Below are positions 40,999 through 53,099 of a stretch of DNA of 64,000 bases, piece after piece. The stretch is from Proteromonas lacertae (lineage: Eukaryota): contig NGBS01000001.1 of assembly GCA_002245135.1 (NCBI GenBank), forward strand, positions 186,001-250,000, written 5' to 3'. The translations under genes and the position numbers were made by a program. The stretch's first letter is position 1. Every line of letters begins with the position of its first letter. The notes under the pieces were generated by a model. It saw nothing but the letters and a program-made list of their open reading frames with translations. It searched no databases and was not told the DNA's origin.

Positions 40999-43900
40999 AT
41001 GTTTCAAACAAATGTAGTGTTGCTGCTACTAGTTTTACAATTATGTAATACAATGCACATATATAGACCTTGGATTCCAGAAGAAGTGGATTGGTGTTTG
41101 AGAGTACATGGTATATATTTTTATCAATCATTTAAAAAATAAATAGACCCACTTTGGCCTTTCAGTTATGAAAAGAATATAGGACAGGTTTTTGAACATA
41201 AAGGTAGAGAAACTAATAATAGTCAAAATCTAGGTGTTTATTGTAATGCAACACAAGCTCTAAGGATATGTCACATTTGTGAGGATTTCAATACAACTGA
41301 TAGTGAAGGTTATTTATCAAACTATACTTCACATATGCAAATTCAAGGGTGCAAATTGGACATTATTAAACAAAAATATACCAGTAGCCTTTGATACACC
41401 ATATGTTGCAGGAGGAACTCACAAAAATGATTATGGAAGAGATGATAAATTTGTATGTGTAATACAAGATTACTCCTGTCTTGATCCAACACAAAGTCCT
41501 GCTAAATACTATTCATCTGATGTTTGTTCGATTAGATGTTGGGGCGAAAATGAAGGAAAACCATTTCCAGTATCACCACATCCATCTGAAAAGGAATTAC
41601 CATTTCCAACGGAACAATGGGAATATAATAAACGTAAAACAGCTCAAGGATTTATAGATACATTAGCTGGTACAGGTGTAAGAGGTTATAAAGATGGATT
41701 TAGAAATGAATCTCAATTTAACCTTCCCAAAGGAGTTACAGTTGGTTTAAATAATGATGTATATGTAGCTGATACAGGAAATCATTGTATTAGATTAATA
41801 AGAGAAGATAATGTTTCAACTGTTATTGGTAAATGTGGAACAGCTGGATTTGCTGATGGTGGTATTGATGAAGCTCTATTTAGTTCACCCACAGGAATTG
41901 ATTTTTATTATGAAACAAGGACAAATAATAATGGAGATGAATATGAAATAGTGTATTTAATTGTAGCTGATACAAATAATCACAAAATTAGAAAAGTATA
42001 TAAAGATGGTAATAAATATATTGCTACAACTTTGAGTGGTACAAGAAATATAACAACTGAAACAAATGAAAGAAAAACACCTCAATATGGTTTTAGTGAT
42101 GGTGATCGAGATCATGCAAGATTTTCATACCCCCAAGATGTAGCAGTTACACCTGATGGTGTTGTGTATGTTGCTGATACATTGAATTATGCAATTAGAA
42201 TGATAACTGCCTGATGGTAATACAACAACAATTGCTGGACATAGAATAATAGCCTCTAACATTCCTGGTTGTCCAGAACCATGTGAAAGAGTATTAATAT
42301 AATTAATTATTATATTTTTTATTTATAGTTTCAACAAGGATTTAAAGATGGTAGTACTGAAGAAAGTGAATTCTATTATCCAATTGGTATTTCACTTGGT
42401 CCAAATAACACAATATTAGTTACAGACCAAAATAGAATAAGAATGATAACTCCAAAAGAAGTAATGTCTACAGTTCAGAATATAACAAGTTACAATAGAG
42501 TAGTAACTTTAGCAGGTAATGATGAAGTAGGAGAAAGGGATGGAAGAGGAGAGTTAGCAACATTTCAAAACCCCAAAGGTATAATGATGGCAGGTGATGG
42601 TTCAATATATGTAGCTGATGGAAGTTGTAGGATAAGAAGATTGAGATCAGAACATGATGTTGCATTAGAGATAAAGAAAGATATGAAATTCAATTATTTA
42701 GTTAGACCATCTGGTTGCATGAGTAGAGATTTTCCAATAGATAGAACAAATTACAGATTAACACCACATATTGGTCATATTGAGTATAGTAATTATTCAT
42801 TAATTGGTTTATTGAATTTACCATGTGTTGGTGTTCCTACTGATTATGATTTTGTTACTACAAATTATACTTTAACCAATAACAGAGGTGGTACTGGATA
42901 TGGACCAAATTATAATATGTCTGATTTAGATATTGGAACTTCGTATAGAATAAGATGCCCTGAAAGTGATTATAGTGGATTTGTGGTAAAATGTAATGGT
43001 AGTTTATGTTCAGATAATAGTTATGTATGTCAATCCGCAAGGAAAGTCGTTGGAATAACAAATGATAATCTTTACAAACTAATAGTTAGAGAAGGTGCTG
43101 AAATAGAAGGAATGTTTTATACAAGGACATTTTCAATTGAAGCGATAGATGAACATATTGTAGAGACACATACATTAGCTGGTATTCCTACATCACCATT
43201 AGATGATGGATGTGGATATTTAGATAATATACCAGCCACAAAAGGAAGATTAAGTTTAGCTTATGATTTAGCTATGCTTTATAATACAACCTTAACAAAC
43301 GAGAATTACATGTATATCGCTGATACAGAGAATAATGTTATTAGATATATGACTGCTACTTGCACATTTGTATGTGAAAACAATGGTACTTGTGATGGTC
43401 CTGATCATTGTAGTTGTACAACTGGTTGGACTGGTTATGATTGTTCAATTCCAGAAGAAAAATCAGATTTAGATTGTGGTCCAGGGTATGTAAAAGTAAA
43501 TGATGATCCAATTCAATGTGAAGCAACTTGTGTGCAAGATTGTGGTTTACATGGTAAATGTACATTACCTGATACTTGTACATGTGATGAAGGTTGGTAT
43601 GATGCTAATTGTACAACACCAGTTTGTCTCCAGACATGTGGTAATGGTGGTAATTGTACTGCTAATAATACATGTACTTGTCCTCAATGGTGGACTGGTG
43701 ATGATTGTAGAACACCTGTTTGTACTCAAGATTGTAATCATGGTATTTGTATTGCACCAAATACTTGTATGTGTAATCATGAATGGAGTGGCTATGATTG
43801 TTCTAAACCAATATGTCATCAAGGATATTTAGTACCTTATGATGATGATGATGAAGAGAATGTTAAGTATTGGCCTACTTTTGTTCCATGTAATTATAGT

Positions 43901-46900
43901 GAATGGTGTAATGATACTTCTATGTTTGATTGTCAACAGAGAATAAGAGAACAATCGCCATTAGTACCAGCTGGAGCATTTGAGAGAAATATTACTGGAT
44001 TTAAAGAATTACCAACTGGTTGTTTCAGATTAGAATTTAATTTATCAGATCCCTATCCATTGCGTTATTTTAAATATGAAATTAGTTTAAATAATTTCAC
44101 TAATAATATGATACATCAAGGTAATACTCCATTCCCTGATTTATATCCTGAATATCCAGATATAGCAGACTCTGATAGACAAGTTGCACTAGTTGAATTA
44201 AAAAACATGACACAAGGCTATTATGTTTGTGCAAATGGTGGAACATGTTACAATCCTGAACAATGTGATTGTACAAGAGATTGGGTTGGTTTTGATTGTA
44301 GAACTCCTGTATGCAGACCAAGTTATTTTGAAGAAGGAAATGATGAAGAAGAATACAAACTATTAACCACAGTTCAAGGTTATCCGCGTTGGCAACACAA
44401 TGATATGGTTAAACAAGGTGAATATAGATGTTCAATAAGAGCAATGACAGAATTTGAGCATTATTGGTGTTATTCTCCTAGGAATTGTTCAGATTATATA
44501 TGGAATTATCCTACTTATTATAGTCATTATATGGATTGTCCTAATGGAACTATTGTTGTAGATGGTGAAGCAATTAATGATGATTGTGAGAATGAGAATT
44601 ATTGGACTAATAAATGGCCTAATTCTCCTTATGGTTGGCCTGCTGTTCATATATCTTTTTTATTTTTATTATTATTATTTCTTTATATTTTCTTTAATTC
44701 TTATTTTTTTACATTAGATCACCTGAAAATCCGGATCTTGACACTAATGAAGGTTATTTGAAGAGACAAACATGGAAAACATCAGGAGAAAGATGGAGAA
44801 AAGGTAATAGTTGTACTGTTCTATATCACAGAGTTTGTAAAAAGTATAAATTATTTAATAATATATATAGTGATACTGGCAAAGTAGAGAGATTATACAA
44901 TGAAACAATATATTATGAAAATGACAATCTAACAATAATCAATACGAATATCACATTCAGACCAGTCATAGAAGATCGTCATAATACTAATGATACATTT
45001 TTAAATAGAACATATGGTAGATGGTTTGAAGATGGTGGTGAATGTATAGATGAAGTAATAGGTGGATGTTGGAATAATGGAACATGTGTATCACCAGGTA
45101 TGTATATATATATAATATTATCTATTATAATTGATTAGATGTTTGTGTTTGTGCTGAAGGTTGGACTGGTAAAGACTGTAGAGAACCAATTTGTAATAAT
45201 ACTTGTGTTAATGGTGTTTGTACTTATCCCAATGAATGTACATGTAATCGTGGATGGGAAGGCCCAGATTGTGATATTCCAATATGTGCACAGAATTGTA
45301 CAGGACCTGATACTAACAATGAAACTGATCCTTTATCACATGGAAGATGTGTTGGACCTGATTTATGTGAATGTAAAAAATGGAATTCTACCATATTTGA
45401 TAATAGAAGGTTTTGGGGATATGTAGATGGTAAACCATTTTATAGAGATAATTATAATAATTCACAATTAACAGGATGGACTGGATATGATTGTAGTACT
45501 CCTATTTGTGTTCAAGCTGAAAAGTTTGTGTTTAATAAACCTTATGGTAAATATGCAGTTGGTTTTAATCAGTCAATATTACATGGACATGAACCGCAGA
45601 ATAACATTGATGGAGAAGAGGAATATCCTTATTATCCATTGCCTGTTGCAGATTATACAGGTGAGTATTGTAGAAATGATGGTAGTTGTTATCAAACTGG
45701 TTGTTTATACGGATGGAATTCAACGTGTAATGTAACACTATGGGAAGCTGGTAATTATCCTAACAGAAGTGGAGTTGTTAATTACTATAATTATACATGG
45801 TTAGATTGGGAAAATTGGGATGTTGGTGTTGCTGAACCAGGTGAAGGTATTTATGTATGTTATAATTATGGCTCTTGTGTTGCACCTGATACTTGCAGTT
45901 GTCAAGATGGTTGGGAAGGATTTAATTGTTCTATACCTCAATGTAGACACAGACAACCAGATAGTGGTGAAATAGTAGGATGTTTAAATGGTGGTATTTG
46001 TAGTGATAGAGATAACTGTACATGTATGCAAACTCCTTCATTATTATATGATAAATATCCAGAGTTATCGTGGAAGAATCCAGGTTTTATTACTGGTTGG
46101 AATGGTAGTGATTGTTCAATGCCTATGTGTGTTCAAGGATGGTATGATGTTAATTGTACTGAACCTGGAATTAGTGATGCTGGTGAAGGATGTTATAGAT
46201 GTCCAAATATATCATTTTTTTGTTTTGATTTTTGATTATTTTCTTTAATTTTATGTTTTTTGTAAGGTGGTTTATGTACTGCTCCAGATTATTGTTCTTG
46301 TCCTCCAGAATGGACTGGTTATGATTGTAGAAAACCAGTTTGTAGTGTTCCAGTTACAGGAAATTTATTATATCAATTGCACACAGAACAAATAGAGAAA
46401 ATAATAGAATTTGAAAATGATCCATGTGGTGAAAATGATGAAATCATGTTTAATGGAGTTAATACTCATCGAGGTAATTGTACTGCACCAGGAAGATGCC
46501 AGTGTTTATGTAAAGAAAGAGGTACTCCCTTCAAAGATTTTGGACTTAGAAGATTCCAAGGTTATAGTACAGTATATGGTCGTGAAGATTGTAGAGATGG
46601 ATATGAAGGTGAATATAGTGAAGATGATGAATATTTTGTTTCATGTCATTTACAGATTTATGTACCTACAACTGCTGAAAGATATACTGTTCTAATTATA
46701 TTAGTGTGTTTTGCTGCTGTTATAATTTTGTTTGCTTTATGGTGGTGTATTTCATCAACTTGGAGAAGATATAAATTGGTTAAGATGGTTGAAGATAGAA
46801 GAGTTAAAAAGAATGTCAATGTTGCGAAAAAATTGGCAGATGAAGAAATACAAGAACAAAATACTGAAAAGAAGAAGAGAGATGAAACTATGAAAAGGAA

Positions 46901-46949
46901 ATATGAGTATGATCAGTTATTGGCTTTAAAAAATAAAAATTTATATTAA
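40999..46949 (+). CDS. Large type-I membrane protein: signal peptide, NHL repeats, LCCL-like segment, many EGF-like repeats, TM helix, short tail
   Basis: YVADTGNHCIR-type NHL repeats; repeated C.NGG.C..P..C.C..GWTG.DC..P.C; TM VLIILVCFAAVIILFALWWCI; about 4 GT-AG and 2 AT introns; frame changes near 41345 and 42209. Confidence 0.85.
44651..44712 (+). other. U12-type intron, AT-AC, 62 nt
   Basis: CAT|ATATCTTTT...TTCTTTAAT...TTTTTAC|ATT AGA TCA joins ORF 42443 to the frame of ORF 44758. Confidence 0.85.
46209..46265 (+). other. U12-like intron, AT-AA, 57 nt
   Basis: AAT|ATATCATTTT...TTCTTTAAT...TTGTAA|GGT GGT restores the EGF motif CPNGGLCTAPDYC. Confidence 0.85.
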
Positions 46950-47006
46950 CTTATTACTTTATTATAATTATATATATTTTTAGTTCTATTAACAATAAAT
47001 ACTATT

Positions 47007-47348
47007 CTAAGTAAATTCACTTTCATCTTCTGATGTTTTTGTTACTATTTCTAGCAATTTACAAATCTTTGTGTGTTTCTTTTCTTTTGCAAGTGAGTAT
47101 GCTGTACAATCTCCATCAATCCTTATATTTGGATTAGCTCCATATTCTAGCAGCAATTTAACAGAATCAAATTTACCATGATACGATGCCAACATCAATG
47201 CAGTTAATCCAGAAGCTGGTTCTATTTGATTTATCCAAAACTCTCGAAACTTTGTATCTTTTAATATCACTTTTAGGGCAGATATATTACCATCTGCTGA
47301 TGCTATATAGAAGTTTGAAGCATCCTTTTTAATTCTAATTCTACTCAT
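47007..47348 (-). CDS. Small ankyrin-repeat protein
   Basis: GLTALMLASYHGKFDSVKLLLEYGANPN. Start placed at MSRIRIKK because the upstream ORF extension overlaps the opposite gene. Confidence 0.85.
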   Translation of the reverse strand: MSRIRIKKDASNFYIASADGNISALKVILKDTKFREFWINQIEPASGLTALMLASYHGKFDSVKLLLEYGANPNIRIDGDCTAYSLAKEKKHTKICKLLEIVTKTSEDESEFT

Positions 47349-47398
47349 AATTTCAAAAACATATTTTGGCTCGAAAAAGTTTGATTGGCGGTTTAAGA

Positions 47399-47948
47399 AT
47401 GGATGATGATGATGACTTGTTAGACATAGAAAAAGATATATTAGGCGATGCAGATATACATGAATCACAAAATTTACCTCCACCAAACAAATCTGCTACT
47501 GCAATTGTAACCAGTCATGGAACGTATCTGAATGGGTTTACTCCAGCTAAGTCACCATTTGAAAGAGTTGATACAACAAACATTGAAGTTGTTCAACCGC
47601 CAATTGCACAACAAGAGGATATACCTCTTATTCAATATAAGAAACGAGTAATAATTGTTATTTATTAATAATATAATATAGAAAACAGAAAATTATTATT
47701 CAAAAGATCCTCCTTTATCTTCACCTCAAAGATTAATATCAAATACACTAACTCAGACAAGATCACCACTTCCGCCGACACCTTCACAGTCTATAAGAAA
47801 CACTCATTTATCTCAAATATCACCAATACAACCATCATCTCTGTCATCAACTAATACTCCAATTTCACCTCATTTTCAAATTATATCATCAACTCCACCG
47901 TCTTTACCATTAACACAACAACATCATCAACAGCAATATAGTCAGAAA

Positions 47949-47987
<39 letters not shown>

Positions 47988-48721
47988 AAGCGACACGAAC
48001 AACAATTGCAGCAAGTTACATTAACTCAAAACATATCATCATCAACAACATTACAAGATAATTCTACCAGAGTAATTCCAGGTCCAGCAGGAACATTATT
48101 GAATTATAACAACAATAATCCATCACAATCAATAGAAAATAATCAATCAACGTCAACTAATACTTCTACAACTACATCAAATAATGTTTCGATCACATCA
48201 GATATAAACAACTCTGAAATATATTTATCTTCACCATTATGGGGTGTTATTTATAAAGACTTAGATATTACTAATAATAGTATATTATATATTTATACGT
48301 ATAAATAGTGAGTCATTATCCAATTGGAGTTATATTAAAGAATGATAATACAGATACAAAAATACCTGAATTATTTGGCATTATTACATCCATAACTGTT
48401 AAATGTACAGGTACAATGATAAGTATAAAAGATACTACTGGAACAATAGAAGGTATTATTCATAAGACATTATCTGATGAAATTAATGGACAATTATCAT
48501 GTGGATGCATTATTTTATTGAGAAATGTGTCTGTATTAGTTACTTATTTATCAAACAGATATGTTATTATCACTAAGAATAATTTTGTGAAATTATATAT
48601 ACCAAATATACAAAAACCAGTGAATAGTGTTAGTATAAATGATGTTACAATAGATAGTGAAGAAAGTAAAGATAATGATTCAAATAGTTTATTTGGAGGA
48701 ATGTTTCGAATTCCTTCTTAA
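47399..48721 (+). CDS. HROB: HROB/C17orf53 (MCM8-9-interacting OB-fold protein)-like
   Basis: IPGPAG motif, low-complexity Q/S/T region, C-terminal OB fold IKDTTGTIEGIIH...GCIILLRNVSV; 2 introns. Confidence 0.75.
47949..47987 (+). repeat. (CAACAG)n poly-glutamine repeat
   Basis: Alternating CAA/CAG codons directly visible. Confidence 0.85.
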
Positions 48722-48812
48722 TTGTTTATTTTTTTTATAATTATAATGATGTTAAATTTGCAGTAAACTCTCATAACAAACAACAATATACCAAAATTAA
48801 GAGATTAATCAT

Positions 48813-49109
48813 TTATTCTTCTTTTTGCTTTCCTGATTTTTTGTCTTTCTTCTTTTCACTTTCTTCATAGTTGGTTTTCTTCTCTGGAGCTTCAGACTTT
48901 TCTTCATTTTCTTCGGTACTAGGAGTTTTCTTGATGAATAAACCACCTATATCTACAATTACTGATTCTACAACAGCTACTAAGAAAACAACTATAGCTA
49001 AAGCAACTATCAGATTACTGTGTTTCTTTAAGTATGTAAGATTTGGATATAGTTTTAGGCCTTTAATAAAAGAAGGTATATCACTTATAATAGCATTTAC
49101 TCCACTCAT
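48813..49109 (-). CDS. Small single-pass membrane protein of unknown function
   Basis: 98-aa ORF with LIVALAIVVFLVAVV and a charged tail, filling the gap between two genes. Confidence 0.6.
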   Translation of the reverse strand: MSGVNAIISDIPSFIKGLKLYPNLTYLKKHSNLIVALAIVVFLVAVVESVIVDIGGLFIKKTPSTEENEEKSEAPEKKTNYEESEKKKDKKSGKQKEE

Positions 49110-49282
49110 TTAATACAATAACTATAAAAAAAGAAAATGTCGATTGTAACGATTGTTGTAGTATTCGATTGTTTATCATATGTATTAAATAACAATGGAA
49201 GAATATAAAATATATTTGGACAATTGCTTATGTTTTAGTATTCTTAACATAAAAAAAAGGAATAAAAAAACATAATTATCAT

Positions 49283-52200
49283 TTAATCGATGGTTTTATT
49301 ACATATTGGACATGTCTTCAATTGAGATTTCAAAAGTTCATAGCAGTTTAAACACATACAAGCATGACCACACACATTAAATCTTATCTATTCATATATT
49401 ATAATAACAAATTCATTATATACTTGTGTTTTATTGGCTTGACAAAAAATACATATAGGAGTGACAGATGGTTCAACATAAGTGTTATTATAGCCATATT
49501 TATTAGTATTATACCATGACGGATGGTTACAATCTATAAATAGTATATATATATATATATATAATACACTCAGGAGGTAAAGGAAAACTTTGTTGTTGTT
49601 TATCATTAAATGCACTTTCATTTGGATTATCATATTTTATCTGTAAAGGTATTGAATCTTTGTTTAATTCATTTAATAAACCTCCACTACTACCACTTTC
49701 TTCTTTTACTTCATCAACTTCATCTTCATCTTCTGGTGAGGAAGTTGTTGTTGTATTTGTTGTGGTTGTTGCTGTTGTTGGTATTGGTGATGATGATGAG
49801 ATTGTGAATGGTAAATCAGGTGTTAGTGGTTTTTCATTAGATTCATCATCATTCTCTTCTTCTAATATAATTCTTTTGATTGTTTCTTGTGAAGAACTAT
49901 CATTTGCTTCTATTATAGTTGATGTCATTGTTGTTGGTGGTGGTGTTGCTGTAGTAAAAGCTGTTGTTGTTGTTAATGATATTGGAATAGATGGTGTTGA
50001 TGGTTGTGAATGAGATGATGACGATGAAGAAGTATGTTTGTTGGAATTATTATAACTTGTCTTTTTATCAATACTTTTTCTATCTCTAGATTTTATATCA
50101 TTCTTTACTGGAATTGATGCTGATGTTGATGTTATTGGTTTATCATCATTAATAATCGATATTGGTTGTCTAGATAACATCGATATCTTCTCCTTTATCT
50201 CATTCATTGATTCTTTTTCTTTTTGGCCTAATTGTTCAGCAAATTCATTCTGTTTTCTTATTTTCTCTTTAAACTTCTTTGCATCTTCTAATAATTTCTG
50301 TTCAAGTAATTTTTGACTTTCTATTTTCTTTCTTCTGTTTTCTTCTTGACGTTTCTTCTTTTCCAACTATAACGTAAAATATAATAAATATATACCAATT
50401 CTTCTTCACTTATTTCATGATTCTCTTTCACTTTCTTTATTGAAGATGATGAATTGATTCTCTTTTTATTCATTTTGTTTTCTTTAGTGTTATTATCTTT
50501 TGACTTATTATCAACTTTTTCAATTGTTGTTGTTGTTGTATTGTCATTCGTTTGATTAGTTTCTTTACTATTATTATTACTAGCAGTGTTAGTATTATTA
50601 TTATTATTATTATCTAAATCATTCGAGTCAGATCTATTCAAAACTCTATTGTTAATATGATGTGGAGGTATAAACGTAGAATGTTGTTTCATAAACTTCC
50701 TCGGTCTTTTTCTTCGAGTATTGCTACTAGCAGGATTTGAATCAACCTGTGATGTTGATAATTGTTTAAAACTTCTTGATTTATATCCAACTATATAATA
50801 ATATAATAATATATATACATATAGGTTTACTTAATTTAAACATTATAGGATCAATATTATAGATTAAGCAACATACTATGATTTGACTGCTGATAATAAT
50901 ACAATACAACTTCACATGGTATTCATCAAATTCAATATTAATCGAATCTTTATAATTTGATACAATCTCATTCAATATGTAATTAAATGGTATTACATAA
51001 ATATTTAATTTACAAAAACAATATATCATCATTACAATAAGTGCAATTTCAGAGAACTAATAAAATAAAATAAAAACATAATATATATACATGTATCTGA
51101 TGGTAACACAGTTGAATATAAAAATTATACAACATACAAAACAACTTTGAAGTTAAGAAATCTCTAATCATATTCATCACACTAACATCTCCTAACTTGA
51201 TCACTCCAATGATTGAATATTCATAATACATAACTAATGAGATTAACAACAACTTCATTAACATTATCTTCCAACTTGTTGCACCTGAAAACAACGATGA
51301 TAATCTATTTAAAGTATTATTATGTTAATATATATATATACAGATTTGGTACATATGAATTAATAAGATAAAACATCAATACAAATGGTCTTGCTACATA
51401 TGATATAATACTGGGAATATCAAAATTCACAGAAAAACATATAAACTCTATAATAAAAGGTGATATTGTCTTAAAGTGTATAAAATCCTTCCACTGATGA
51501 TAATTATCTGAATCTTTCATGAATTGTATCACTAATAAATAATAATAATATATATATATATACATGATTCTGATATTAAATACAATCTAAATAATAGAAA
51601 TGTAATAATAATTATTTGGATTGGTAAATAATATATAAACAATGAAGTTATCTATTAATAAAACAATAAAATAAAAAATAAAAAGAAAATACAGGAAAAC
51701 TAATTTTCAACACCCATACTAGACTTTCAAATACGATACTACTTCCCAGAAACAATATATTTATAGATCCGTTACATAATAAATATATATATGGACATAA
51801 CCGTATTATTGTAATATATATACAACTATAAGTTACAAATTCACAATATAAATGATCAGTAACAGAGTATAATATAACACAAGCAAACCATATAGAGAGA
51901 AACAGTGTAAAAAAATGTAAATACACTTGCTGTATAATCGTCGTAATACATATACCAATTAAATATAGGAAATTATGTTGGTGCAAGTAATATAGTATTG
52001 AGTAGTAATGGAATTTACGTTCTGTCTCATATGCCACTTCGTAATAACTGATTATATTTATTATACATGATAATTTCTCAATCTATATAAATATTATAAT
52101 TATTATACATTTTCTGTGGGAAGTTTGTCAATGTTATAAATATTATTAAAGTTATCTCTGTAATAATTTAAATATGGATTGTATGACCGAATTGACTTAC

Positions 52201-52746
52201 AATACTATTAGAGAATAACTAAATATAATGTTTATATAAAAAAAAGGATATTCAAGAAACAGACCTTTTGACTTATCAAGCAGTGATTCAGGTGATTCCA
52301 TCAAGATTCTGTTTTGTTCCACTATTATATTCTTCACCCAAAGATCTATTTCTTCATTCACACCTAGGATGTAACTATCTTCTTCTTCTTCTCTTTCTTT
52401 TAAATAATTAAGATACACAGACAACATTTCACGATCGACACTACTATTTATACATAAATTTTTATATCATTTGTATTTATACTCTCGAAATTCACCTCTT
52501 GTGCCTATTATCACAAATATTAAAAAAATAAAGGGAACACTACAACACAGCCATTCAGGTATAATACTTAAAGTAGCACTCATGCTGTTGAATTTTTCTA
52601 TATTTTGAATAAATTGAATAACTATAATTATGGATACTTTCACTTTCTTTACGATTATCCGGTTCACAATTACATAAAACAGGCATAATTACCAATATAA
52701 AAAGCAATGAAAAGATAAATGAGCGAAATCTCTCCCTCATTTTCAT
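49283..52746 (-). CDS. Multi-pass membrane protein with C-terminal C3HC4 RING finger (putative E3 ligase)
   Basis: About 12 introns splice the short ORFs into one frame: signal peptide, many TM segments, charged and S/T-rich linker, CIFC...CGHACMCLNC...CPIC. Confidence 0.72.
52197..52251 (-). other. U12-like intron, AT-AA, 55 nt
   Basis: Minus strand GA|ATATCCTTTT...TTCTCTAAT AGTATTGTAA|G TCA ATT CGG gives LESIRSYNPYL, in frame with the next exon. Confidence 0.8.
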
Positions 52747-53099
52747 AAGAGTGGTATTTAGTTTTATAAAAAAAACTCGGCTTGAGGTTTACAAAAATAT
52801 TCTATAGCCATTTAATGATATATTTTGATATTATTAGTATTAGATAAATGCTTTACAGGATATATGCAATATAAAGGAGAAAGTTTTCAAGTAAATGAAT
52901 AATTTAAATCACTGTTCGTTAATTAAAGATATTAAGAAGATAAAAAATGATATTATGAATATTTTTGCTATAATTATGATTATAAAATTGATTATTCTTC
53001 TATTATGTAATTATTTCATTCAAAATTAGAAAAGAAATAGAAAAGGTTTGAATATTGATTTGAGTTTAATTTGAACTGTTTGATATTTTTAAAATTCTT

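Noticed and set aside
21821..42214. Euplotes-style +1 frameshifting triggered at the stop codon itself
   Set aside because: It fits 21830 and 42212, but at 22375, 22685 and 26066 conserved residues (EP, V...Y, G.V.V) require the shift several codons before the stop, and no AAA-TAR motif is present.
4433..50013. Many antisense or shifted short ORFs (e.g. 4433, 5502, 27407, 33127, 43500, 49660) with poly-C/F/H/V translations
   Set aside because: They are shadows of low-complexity or repeat-rich coding sequence on the other strand or frame.
52868..52890. AAAGGAGAAAGTT resembling the U6atac 5' region
   Set aside because: The downstream AGC triad and stem (GGTTAGCACTCCCC-like) are absent.
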